From an uncultured Thermoplasmatales archaeon (GTDB taxonomy: Archaea; Thermoplasmatota; E2; DHVEG-1): 64,000 nucleotides of DNA. The notes beneath the pieces are model-generated. The model did not search any database, was not told the DNA's origin, and worked only from the letters and a program-made list of their open reading frames with translations. The translations under genes and the position numbers were made by a program. Shown here piece by piece: positions 39,038 through 48,914 of the stretch (the first letter of the stretch is position 1; each line of letters opens with the position of its first letter). The stretch is from assembly GCA_964346655.1 (NCBI GenBank), contig CAYFVP010000134.1:44746-108745 (forward strand), in the 5' to 3' direction.

Positions 39038-41500
39038 ATGCGAAATAATGTAGTTAAAAAGAGTGTTATAGCTGTATTAACAGTTATATTTATTGGAGCT
39101 AGTGTGATACCGAGTACTTGGGGAGATGAACAGAGTATAAATTTTTATGATATATATAATGAGATTACATATCCTTTACCACGTTGGCGAGAAGGTGGAA
39201 CACCATATGATCCTGATCAATCATTATATCCATATTCTATTAAATCTAGAGAGCAACCATCTGGATTCATTGAATCGCCTGCAGAATATGATCCAACTCA
39301 AGTAGTTATTTTCTGTTATATTTCAGGTCAGTGGAATGAAGTTGTTCGAGATTTAGTAGTGGCACTAACAGCAGATGATGATTTTGATGAAATTGCTTAT
39401 GTTCTAGTAACAAGTGAATCTCAAAAAACTGTAGCAGAAACTGTGCTTTCATCCAGTGGTGCAAATATGGATAAGGTTGAATTCATAATAGAGCCAGCAA
39501 ATGCGATTTGGATACGTGATTATGGTCCACATTTTATTTTCCAGGATGGTGCTCTTGCATTAGCTGATAGTCACTATTATCCTACGCGCCCATTAGATAA
39601 CTTTATCCCAACACTTATTGGCGATGATCATTTAATTATGCCAACATATGATATGGGATTGTACTACTCTGGAGGTAATTTCCAGGCTGGTCCTAATCGA
39701 ACTGGTTTTGTGACGTCTCTTGTTTTAGGAGATAATCCCACAACTCAGGGTTTTGATGAAGATTTGATCAAAGAACTTTATCAAACATATCAAGGAATTG
39801 ATGAGTTGCATATTATGCCACAGCTACCATACACTGTAGATGGAACAGGTCATATTGATATGTGGTTTCATATTGTTGATGAAGATACAGTAATTATTTC
39901 AGAATTTAAACCAGGATCTAATCCTACTGCAATTCAAATTACAAATAATGCTGTTCCTTATATGGAAGCTTTAGGTTTTGAAGTATTTAGAACACCAGCA
40001 TGGAATGCTAACCACCCAGATAATGGCTATGCAACTCATTGGACATATACTAATGCTTTTCGTGTAAACGACAGATATTTCATCTCAACTTATGGAGAAA
40101 ATTATCCAGAATATGCAGATGAAGATCAACAAGCACTAGAAACCTTTCAAGAAGCTGCTGGAGATGATGTTGAAATAATCCAAATTGACAGCTACCCAAT
40201 AATTTGGGCAGCAGGAGCACTTCATTGCATTGTAATGCAAGTTCCTCGACATATAGATCCTGAACCTTCTGTACATGTTATATGGCCAAATGGAGGCGAA
40301 TTTTTATCAAGTTACTCGACACAGACAATAAAATGGGTAGCAACAGACACCTACAATGCAGATATCCCACAGATAGACCTCTATTATTCAATTGATAACG
40401 GAGATACTTATGAATTTATTGATTCCACAACAAATACTGGTTTTTATGAATGGACAGTTCCCAATTTATATTCAAAACAGGCAAAAATCAAGGTTGTTGC
40501 AATTTCAGAAGATTCTGATGTAGGTGAAGGAATAAGTGCAGATGTTTTTCAGATAGCTTCAGCTTCTCAAACAGTTTATGATTTTTCAACTGGTGCTAGT
40601 GAAGATAAGTTTTGCTATGGTTCTGAAACACCCCGTTGGAGTGATATTGATGGGGAACCAAAACCAGTTACTACTGAAATTGCTGCATCTAATTATCCTA
40701 AGATAGCAAACTCTGATGCAACAGGTGGAGACAATGATGCTAATCGATATAGATCACCACCCCCGGCTGGAAGTAGTGAATCTACACATATTTATGAAAT
40801 TACTATCAATGAAGATCCTAAAGATATTGACGATATAGAGATTTTATGGGAAGGTTATGCTGATGAATGCACCCAAATTGAACTCTATGTTTGGGACTAT
40901 TATGCCGATCAGTGGAGTAATGGTGAAGACCTTCACAATCAAAACCGCTATATAGATTGCTGGGCAGGTAATAGAGATGGATATCTAAAGGGTAATATTC
41001 GAGAAAATTTTAATGGTTTTATAGGTTCAGATAATAAAATGATACTTCTTTTATATGCTGATAGACCTGGTGATCGATCCTTCCATGACTACCTTTCAAT
41101 TACAGTGAGTAAATATAATGATCCCCCTGATCCACCTGGGATTTATGGTAAAACAAGCGGAAAACCAGGCATTACTTATACTTATGAATTCACTGCTTTT
41201 GAACCTGATGAACAAGATGTATCATACTATGTTGATTGGGGAGATGGTACCATAACTGATTGGACTGACTATCAAGCTTCAGGAACCCCGTACTCAGAAG
41301 ATCATATATGGGAAACAGAAGATACATTTGAAATTAAGGCAAAAGCAAAAGATATTCATGGTGGAGAAAGTGTATGGTCAACACTTAAAATAACCATTCC
41401 AAGAAACAGAGCATTATTTAACAAGCCAACATTTATGAGCCTATTTGACGATTTCCAAAATGTATTATCATTTCTTCAATTTATACTTAGACTGCTGTAA
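39038..41500 (+). CDS. Secreted agmatine/peptidylarginine deiminase-family protein with Ig/PKD domains
   Basis: Signal peptide; PAEY, WIRDYGP, GGN, DGTGHIDM, YTN, GALHCI; VDWGDG. Confidence 0.88.
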   Translation: MRNNVVKKSVIAVLTVIFIGASVIPSTWGDEQSINFYDIYNEITYPLPRWREGGTPYDPDQSLYPYSIKSREQPSGFIESPAEYDPTQVVIFCYISGQWNEVVRDLVVALTADDDFDEIAYVLVTSESQKTVAETVLSSSGANMDKVEFIIEPANAIWIRDYGPHFIFQDGALALADSHYYPTRPLDNFIPTLIGDDHLIMPTYDMGLYYSGGNFQAGPNRTGFVTSLVLGDNPTTQGFDEDLIKELYQTYQGIDELHIMPQLPYTVDGTGHIDMWFHIVDEDTVIISEFKPGSNPTAIQITNNAVPYMEALGFEVFRTPAWNANHPDNGYATHWTYTNAFRVNDRYFISTYGENYPEYADEDQQALETFQEAAGDDVEIIQIDSYPIIWAAGALHCIVMQVPRHIDPEPSVHVIWPNGGEFLSSYSTQTIKWVATDTYNADIPQIDLYYSIDNGDTYEFIDSTTNTGFYEWTVPNLYSKQAKIKVVAISEDSDVGEGISADVFQIASASQTVYDFSTGASEDKFCYGSETPRWSDIDGEPKPVTTEIAASNYPKIANSDATGGDNDANRYRSPPPAGSSESTHIYEITINEDPKDIDDIEILWEGYADECTQIELYVWDYYADQWSNGEDLHNQNRYIDCWAGNRDGYLKGNIRENFNGFIGSDNKMILLLYADRPGDRSFHDYLSITVSKYNDPPDPPGIYGKTSGKPGITYTYEFTAFEPDEQDVSYYVDWGDGTITDWTDYQASGTPYSEDHIWETEDTFEIKAKAKDIHGGESVWSTLKITIPRNRALFNKPTFMSLFDDFQNVLSFLQFILRLL

Positions 41501-41583
41501 TAAAATACTCTTTTTCTTTTTTTCTTTTTTAGCAATTAATATTTAAACTGAAATAAACAATTGTAAAAAGATGTAGAGTGTTT

Positions 41584-42963
41584 TTATTGATTAGTAATAC
41601 TTGATAATTTTATCAGATTTTTTATTAAAATTTTTAATATCGGGAAATGTCTTAAAAATTCAAATTGAGCAATTCTTATACGACTTATTTCCGATCCCAT
41701 AAAAACAATAACAAAATTTTCGCTTTTCCAATCTACTTTAATTTGCTTCCATTTAGAATGATTTACTTTTATAATATAATCAGTATTTTCTGGTAAATCA
41801 TAAAAATAACACCTGCCATCCTTATTAGTCCATCCTGTTTCATCTATTGTTCCATCTAAACTCTTTACATTTACCCTTGCATTAGGAATTCCATAATATT
41901 TATTTGTGCTTCCTGGACCTTGATTTGAACTTTCATTAACACAAAAAACAGTTAGCCTATCACTATATTCAATATATCGTGCACCATAACCGATTTTACT
42001 ACAACCATATTCTATACGCATATAACCGTCTTCGCCCCAATCTTCTCCCCAGGAATTACGTAAAAACCAGACACCGTTTTTTCCCTGATTGTCATCCCAA
42101 CCAACTAAAACAACACCATGATTTACATCTTTTGGCCAACAATTTGATTCGATATCAAAAATTCCACCAGTATATATCATAAAATATCCACCTGCACAAA
42201 CCGCAGCTGTTACTGGTCCATAATCAAAAATTGCCTGTTTAATATTATCAACAGATGGCACAGCATTTTTAATACCTACATAAGCACATTTTTCGATGTA
42301 ATAATCATGTTGGTATGGACATATACAGGGTTCATCCCGAGCCTTATATGGGAAATTACTTTCAAAAACAGCTCCTGAATCTCCACATGGATCTTTTTTT
42401 CCAGAATTTAAAAAATAGTCATGGGCCCACCATCCACCACCGCAACCCCATGGTTTTGGCACTGTTTCTTGATTACAGCTTACAAGCCACTGTTCCGATA
42501 AATCAACAGTTATTTTATCTCTTATCTTAATATTACATTCAAGCGGGCCAACTGTTGCAAAAGCCCAGCAACTACCACACTTACCTTGATCTTTAATTGG
42601 TGGTAAACCACCTTCTACTTCATCACGCCAATCAAACTTACTAGGTAGTGTATCCATTGGGACAATCTGATCAAAATCAGCATTCACCCACCATTCTTCA
42701 GGTTCATCTAGACCACACAGCTCGTCTATTGATCGTTTAGATGCTGATGTCTCACCGACAGTAAATGACCACCTCTCTAGTTTAGATTGTCTCTGTAATG
42801 CAGATATCTCCTCTTTAGTAAAAGGTTTATTTAAAATATTCATACAATCATATGAAGGTATTTGTTCTTTATGTTCACCCTGGGAGGCACTAACACTTAT
42901 ACCAATTAATAAAACCACAAGACAGATAACAAGACCTTTTCTAAAATTTCGGTTGTTCAACAT
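41584..42963 (-). CDS. Secreted papain-family (C1A) cysteine peptidase
   Basis: LPSKFDWR, QGKCGSCWAF, LSEQ, NHGVVLVGW, RNSWG; GGAGG before ATG 42963. Confidence 0.92.
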   Translation of the reverse strand: MLNNRNFRKGLVICLVVLLIGISVSASQGEHKEQIPSYDCMNILNKPFTKEEISALQRQSKLERWSFTVGETSASKRSIDELCGLDEPEEWWVNADFDQIVPMDTLPSKFDWRDEVEGGLPPIKDQGKCGSCWAFATVGPLECNIKIRDKITVDLSEQWLVSCNQETVPKPWGCGGGWWAHDYFLNSGKKDPCGDSGAVFESNFPYKARDEPCICPYQHDYYIEKCAYVGIKNAVPSVDNIKQAIFDYGPVTAAVCAGGYFMIYTGGIFDIESNCWPKDVNHGVVLVGWDDNQGKNGVWFLRNSWGEDWGEDGYMRIEYGCSKIGYGARYIEYSDRLTVFCVNESSNQGPGSTNKYYGIPNARVNVKSLDGTIDETGWTNKDGRCYFYDLPENTDYIIKVNHSKWKQIKVDWKSENFVIVFMGSEISRIRIAQFEFLRHFPILKILIKNLIKLSSITNQ

Positions 42964-43270
42964 AATACCTCCCAATGTCGATTTAAAAATACTTAACATA
43001 AATATAAATGTTTGGATTGGTAAATATTTTTTTGAAAAATTATTGTTATTTATATATTATCAAATAAAAGAAACAAAAACCGTGTATTTACTAGAACAAA
43101 CATGATATTTATAGAATAAAATGAAAAACTTTATAATTACTACATAATTATAAAATATTCTAATATTATTACATAGATATATAATAAAATTAAAAATATA
43201 AAATAAGGGGGGTAATAAAACTTAAATAGCTCAATTTTATTAATAATATCAAGAGGGGGATGAAATAAAT

Positions 43271-44896
43271 ATGATTCAAAAAAATTTATTTAAAAAGACT
43301 GTAATCCTTGGTATCATTATTTTATTTTTAACCTTGACCTTTGCACCAACAATGAGTAGTTACAGCATAAAATCAAATGTTTATCAAAATACAAAATCAG
43401 AATCAAAAAATGTTGATTGGTGGCCAATGTTTCGTCACGATACTTATCATACTGGTTATTCAACATCTGATGCACCTGATACAAATAATATAAAATGGAA
43501 TTTTACTGTAGAAGGAAAAATTGAATTTTCCTCCCCTGCAATTTTTGATGGTAGGGTTTACATTGCTTCTGTTCAAGGTAGTAATAGCAATTTTTATTGT
43601 TTAGACGCTGACACTGGTGATGAAATATGGAAAATAACTGATTATAGAACTTGGTCTTCACCTGCTATTGCTGAAGGAAAAGTTGTTATTGGCAATGGTT
43701 TATATTCAGATAAAGGTCGTGTATCCTGTTATGATGCTTATTCTGGTCAATGGGTTTGGACAATTAAACCTGATAAAGGTGTAAAATCTTCCCCTATAAT
43801 TGTTGATGGAAAGGTCTATATTGGATCAAATATTGGAAGAGTATATTGTATAGATCTAGAAGAGGGATATTTACACTGGAGATATTTAACAAATGGCGAG
43901 TTTGAATCTTCTCCTTCTGTTGTAAATGGAAAAATCTACATTGGATCAAAAGATAAAAATGTTTATTGTTTGGATACCGATACTGGTAATGCTATATGGA
44001 TAAAATCTATTGGCTATGAAATACATCTTTCTTCTCCTACCGTAATTGATGAAAAAGTCTATATTGGCTCGTGTGATGGTGCACCAAACAGTGGCCATGT
44101 TTTTTGCCTGGATGCAAACACTGGTGAATATATTTGGGATTTTACAACATTTGATTGTATAGATTCATCCCCTGCTATATTTAATGGTAAATTATATATC
44201 GGGTCAGGAGACTCAAGACTCTATTGTTTAGATGCATCTAATGGTAACAAGATATGGGATTTCTCTGCTGGAGAGTATATACGGTCTTCTCCTGCAGTTG
44301 CTGATGGCAAAGTATATTTTGGTTCAAATATAGGTGTTTTTTGTATTAATGCTGATACCGGTGATGAGATTTGGAGATATGAATCATCTTGTGTAAACTC
44401 ATCCCCTGCTATTGCAAATGGTAAACTCTATATAGGTATAGATGAAAAGATATTTTGTTTCTATGATGATATAGGATCTGATCTTCATTGTCGAGCTTAT
44501 CTTGAATTTTTTGATATAAAACCTAATTCTAGCCTATTTACCTCATTTAGGGTTTTAAATATTGGAGAGCCGGCTTCACTGCTTGATTGGGAGGTTGAAT
44601 CATATCCGGAATGGGGAGAGTGGACATCTAGTCCACCATCTGGTATAGATTTAACTCCTGAAGAAGGAGCATTTAAGGTTAAGGTAAAAGTTATTGTACC
44701 TGAAATGGAACATACAATTTTTGAAGGAAAAATAAAGGTCATAAATAGTGAAAATCCTGATGACTATGATACAGTTAGAATTACTATTGCAACACCTAGA
44801 TATAAATCCTTTAAAAATTCTAATTTCAATTTTTTATTTGAAAGATATTTTAACTCTTTTTCATTCTTAAAAAAGATATTTAACATTCAATTTTAG
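43271..44896 (+). CDS. Secreted PQQ-like (BamB-type) beta-propeller repeat protein
   Basis: WPMFRHD..HTG; repeated SSPAI.DGKVYIGS...YCLDA.TG..IW. Confidence 0.9.
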   Translation: MIQKNLFKKTVILGIIILFLTLTFAPTMSSYSIKSNVYQNTKSESKNVDWWPMFRHDTYHTGYSTSDAPDTNNIKWNFTVEGKIEFSSPAIFDGRVYIASVQGSNSNFYCLDADTGDEIWKITDYRTWSSPAIAEGKVVIGNGLYSDKGRVSCYDAYSGQWVWTIKPDKGVKSSPIIVDGKVYIGSNIGRVYCIDLEEGYLHWRYLTNGEFESSPSVVNGKIYIGSKDKNVYCLDTDTGNAIWIKSIGYEIHLSSPTVIDEKVYIGSCDGAPNSGHVFCLDANTGEYIWDFTTFDCIDSSPAIFNGKLYIGSGDSRLYCLDASNGNKIWDFSAGEYIRSSPAVADGKVYFGSNIGVFCINADTGDEIWRYESSCVNSSPAIANGKLYIGIDEKIFCFYDDIGSDLHCRAYLEFFDIKPNSSLFTSFRVLNIGEPASLLDWEVESYPEWGEWTSSPPSGIDLTPEEGAFKVKVKVIVPEMEHTIFEGKIKVINSENPDDYDTVRITIATPRYKSFKNSNFNFLFERYFNSFSFLKKIFNIQF

Positions 44897-45041
44897 AAAA
44901 AATTATAAAAGGAAATATTTCAGGATTTATTTTTATTCTTTAATTTTAATAGGTTATCCTAATTATGTCATAATAATAAAAATCTATCAGATTAAAAATC
45001 TTAATTAACATTTATTTTGACTAAATAAAATTAATCAAAAG

Positions 45042-47936
45042 TTATTTTTTATTTATAATAAACGAGTTGTTTTCTGATATTACAATATTGTTTGCATAAT
45101 CAAATGCTTCAATCCAATAAGTTACCTCAGTTCCAGTGGAAAATTGTCCTAATTCTAAACCAAATATGGGATCATTTGATTGGTTTTTTAACGGATCTTC
45201 TTCATGTCGATTTTGTATTGGATTGTCTGCATATCTAAACATATTTTTTGAATATGTAATTTGTCCATCATCCCAGTGAACAACTACCTTTTTAATTACA
45301 AAGGGACTATTACTTGTAACATTTGCATAAACAACAATATTACTTAGATTTGTAAGATTCTCAGGTTTATAATAAAAATTATTAATATTTGGACCCCAAG
45401 TGTGTCCACTTTCATTTAAAACAAAGGTTGTCTCCTCATAAGATATACAACCATTTGTATCAAAAGATTTTGCAGTAATTACATGATTACCTAATTCAAA
45501 ATTACTAATATTCCAATTAATATACCAAGATTTTGTTCCAGTTGCAATTCTATATTCGCTATCATCAATTTTTACTTCCACTTTTTCAGTACCAAGGTTG
45601 TCTAAAGATTGACCTGTAATTTTAATAATTTCGTCTTCAATAATTGAGCCTTTAAGAGGAGTATCTATTTTAACAACTGGTGGAATAAAATCTACTAATT
45701 TTATCAAAATATCATCTTGACTATCAAAGCAATTTGCCTCAATTAAATAGTTTCCAGGTTCAAGACCAGATGTATCCCATAAATAAAACCATTCATAATC
45801 TTTTACTTCAATTTCATAGGTTTCATCGTTTACTTGTAACAAGATATCATTAGTTGCTATACCACTAATTTTAACAGATTCACCAATTTTTATAATAGGA
45901 CTATCAAAGATACTAGTGTCTGGGGAGACAATGGATACTTTATATTCAGAAGTTACTGTTTTAACTAATGTAGAAAAGTTAAGAATCATGTTACTTTCTC
46001 GACAGCTGTTTCTAAAAATAAAATACCAATCGGATTTGGGCATGTTAAAAGATAATTCATTTGAACTTCCACTTATAAAATTATAACAATTAAAAGCCTT
46101 ACTCTCTAGGTATTTCAAAAAATTTTCCTCATCAACAATAAAAAAATCTATTTTTCCTTTTCCTTCATAAATCCCCCTATCTTGCTTTCCTAATATGGTT
46201 TTTTGGATCTGATACGATTTTGTATCAAATGAAATGTCAAATGAAACCTCGCCATCAGGTGTGTTTAAATTTTTGTAATTTAATTTTATTGGTTTTAGGA
46301 ATGGATACCAAATAACATAGTTTTTATCCTTTGGATTTTTTAAAAAGCGAATAGCATTATTTTTTGCGGGAATCAATGGTTTATTTAAGTTTCCATATTG
46401 AATAAAAAAGGTATAAGAGCGATTCTGACCGAGTTCAAAAACGCAGTTCCCATTTATATCTGTATAATTCCAAATACTATAAATCGGACCGTCAACAATG
46501 TCTGGGATTTTTTCAATTCTATCTTCAAGTTTATCAAAAAATAATTGAAGAATTCTACCTCTAAAAAGTTTTGGAATTTTATCCCAAATATCTTCAAGAG
46601 TTTTAAATAGCTCATTTCTTAACCAGGTTATATCTTTTGGGCCTTTAACTACAACAGTTATTCTTGCCCCATCAACTGGTTTAAAACTTCTATCTAAAAC
46701 TTTAAAATTAATTGTTTTCCGTTCTTCTGGATGGATATATGTAGATGTAACATCATAAATTACACGATCACCTTTTATTGCATGTATGGCTGACATATCT
46801 TTATTCCAGCCATATGCATAAATATCTGGTTTATCAACTGCTCCTCCACCATCAGCCCACCAGTTATCATTTTCATGCCATCCTCGTTCGTAGAATTCAC
46901 GCCATACATGGTCTTCTGCTCTATTAAATATACCAACAGATGGAATAAGTGCTGCTCTTTGTGCTGCAACTGCAATTTTTTGAAGTTCTCCACACCATCC
47001 ATTATGCTCATGAGCAATTATATTTGGTTGACCTGGTCTATCACCAAATGCCCATGCAGGAACAGTTTTACCAATCCAGTAAGATATTGCTTCAATTGCT
47101 GTTGGATGATTTTTCATACTCCAATTCCAAGTTCTATCTCTTTGTTGGAAATAGGATTTACAATCCCAAAGATATTCTATATCAGAGAGCTTCTCCTTTA
47201 AAAGAGGATAACCTAAATCATTATGATTTATAAGATAATCTCTCCATAATTTATCATAAATATATAAAGGAACTTCACCACTACAAGAAGGATGAACAAT
47301 ATACCAATAGTAAATATCTGGTGGAAACTCAATTTCCTTAACTAGATTATTTTCAATAATCCGATACTTAACTGTTGAATAATAATTACCATCATTATTA
47401 TCATAGTCAATAATATCTGCATATTTTATCCATTTATCATTTTCATAAAGTATCAAAACATTATCGATTAATATATCAACTGGAGGAACTCTTCCAATAG
47501 CGGAAAAAGCAATAGAAAAAGCAATTTCATCGGTATATTTTTTACATGTTTCAAGAATTAAATCTGCATATTCTTCTCCATCAATTGCCAAAAATTGCCT
47601 TGTTAAATCTCGTTGAATCCATCTTGGAGATTTTGCTATAGCATTTTTGATTTTTTCAGATAAACTATATGAATAGGGTTTTATCGCTTCTTCTTCTAGA
47701 GTAAAACTATCTGAAGAAAACCTAAAATAGTAGTCAGATCCTGGAGTAATTTCTATTTCTTTTATAATTTTATCAATAATTTTCTCATTTTCAAAATTAT
47801 TTCTAAAAGAAGAAACATTATAGGTCAGATTAGAAATAATAAAACAAATTAATAAAATAATTGATAATATCTTTTTTAACTCTACAATGATTATTCTATT
47901 AAATTTTTTTATTTTACATTCCCCCATTTTATACAA
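45042..47936 (-). CDS. Secreted transglutaminase-like (Cys-His triad) protein with Ig-like domains
   Basis: N-terminal hydrophobic segment; GWCGELQ..AA.RAALIP, EDHVWREFY..GWH; C-terminal beta-sandwich repeats; start uncertain. Confidence 0.72.
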   Translation of the reverse strand: MYKMGECKIKKFNRIIIVELKKILSIILLICFIISNLTYNVSSFRNNFENEKIIDKIIKEIEITPGSDYYFRFSSDSFTLEEEAIKPYSYSLSEKIKNAIAKSPRWIQRDLTRQFLAIDGEEYADLILETCKKYTDEIAFSIAFSAIGRVPPVDILIDNVLILYENDKWIKYADIIDYDNNDGNYYSTVKYRIIENNLVKEIEFPPDIYYWYIVHPSCSGEVPLYIYDKLWRDYLINHNDLGYPLLKEKLSDIEYLWDCKSYFQQRDRTWNWSMKNHPTAIEAISYWIGKTVPAWAFGDRPGQPNIIAHEHNGWCGELQKIAVAAQRAALIPSVGIFNRAEDHVWREFYERGWHENDNWWADGGGAVDKPDIYAYGWNKDMSAIHAIKGDRVIYDVTSTYIHPEERKTINFKVLDRSFKPVDGARITVVVKGPKDITWLRNELFKTLEDIWDKIPKLFRGRILQLFFDKLEDRIEKIPDIVDGPIYSIWNYTDINGNCVFELGQNRSYTFFIQYGNLNKPLIPAKNNAIRFLKNPKDKNYVIWYPFLKPIKLNYKNLNTPDGEVSFDISFDTKSYQIQKTILGKQDRGIYEGKGKIDFFIVDEENFLKYLESKAFNCYNFISGSSNELSFNMPKSDWYFIFRNSCRESNMILNFSTLVKTVTSEYKVSIVSPDTSIFDSPIIKIGESVKISGIATNDILLQVNDETYEIEVKDYEWFYLWDTSGLEPGNYLIEANCFDSQDDILIKLVDFIPPVVKIDTPLKGSIIEDEIIKITGQSLDNLGTEKVEVKIDDSEYRIATGTKSWYINWNISNFELGNHVITAKSFDTNGCISYEETTFVLNESGHTWGPNINNFYYKPENLTNLSNIVVYANVTSNSPFVIKKVVVHWDDGQITYSKNMFRYADNPIQNRHEEDPLKNQSNDPIFGLELGQFSTGTEVTYWIEAFDYANNIVISENNSFIINKK

Positions 47937-48098
47937 TAATATACATAATGGGTTAAAAATAATTTCTATTGGAATATATAAATTTAATATATTTATAAAT
48001 TACTCTACAAATAACTATTTAACTAATAGATTTTAATTAAATCATAAGAAAGATAGTTAGCTTTTAATATTTAATAAATATCAATTTATGGAAAACAA

Positions 48099-48629
48099 AT
48101 GGACGTTAATAATGGATATAAAAGACATAATTATGAAAACCGAATAGATCTGGCTGGTGAACATAGATGGGGAGATGCTGGCCAACTATTTTTGTTGGTT
48201 CTTTTTTTTATTGGGATGATTTCTGATTTATTTATTTTAAAAATTTTTAGTTCTTGGCAGGTTTTGTTTCCTTGGTATTTCCGCGTTTTAATTTTTATTC
48301 CTCTCTTCTTAATTTCAGGATATTTTGCTCAAAATGGAGTAAAAAAAGTTTTCAAAGAAAAAAGAAAAGAGTTAGAAATTATTAGAACTGGTGTTTTTGG
48401 TATAGTTCGCCATCCGATATATCTGGGATCGATTCTCGTTTTTCTTAGTTTTGTTATTCTATCTTTTTCAGTTGTTGCTCTGGTTATATTTTTTGTTATA
48501 GTCATTTTTTATTTTTATCTTTGTAAGTATGAAGAAAATCTTTTACTACAAAAACTTGGTAAAAAATATTGTAATTATATGAAAGATGTTCCTATGCTTA
48601 TTCCAAGGATTTGGAGAAAGTCAAATTAA
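48099..48629 (+). CDS. Isoprenylcysteine carboxyl methyltransferase (ICMT/PEMT)-family membrane protein
   Basis: TGVFGIVRHPIYLG, EE..L..KLG..Y..Y...VP..IP; TM helices. Confidence 0.88.
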   Translation: MDVNNGYKRHNYENRIDLAGEHRWGDAGQLFLLVLFFIGMISDLFILKIFSSWQVLFPWYFRVLIFIPLFLISGYFAQNGVKKVFKEKRKELEIIRTGVFGIVRHPIYLGSILVFLSFVILSFSVVALVIFFVIVIFYFYLCKYEENLLLQKLGKKYCNYMKDVPMLIPRIWRKSN

Positions 48630-48637
48630 AACTATTA

Positions 48638-48796
48638 TTATTTTATTAAATAACCTAATATGATAATAATTGCTAATATTATTATCAATGGTAGTAATAA
48701 TACACCAAATATCAATGATTCGATTCCAATTAAATATGAGGCAATTAATGCAAGTATAAGAAGAGCAATTAGCCATCCTTTGATAATTCTCTGCAT
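48638..48796 (-). CDS. 52-aa two-helix membrane microprotein (absent from ORF track)
   Basis: MQRIIKGWLIALLILALIASYLIGIESLIFGVLLLPLIIILAIIIILGYLIK*; TTTAAAT ~30 nt upstream. Confidence 0.65.
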   Translation of the reverse strand: MQRIIKGWLIALLILALIASYLIGIESLIFGVLLLPLIIILAIIIILGYLIK

Positions 48797-48914
48797 TTAA
48801 TCTATAAGTTAGTTATTAAAAAATAGATTTAAATTTTTGTGTTTATTCTTTTAATACTAAGATTTATTTTAATATTCGATTTAACTATTTTAAATAATAA
48901 AATATTCCTATAAA

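Noticed and set aside
43500..44460. Periodic DNA similarity suggesting a CRISPR or tandem array (also 60900-61900)
   Set aside because: These are degenerate coding repeats of beta-propeller blades, not identical repeats with unique spacers.
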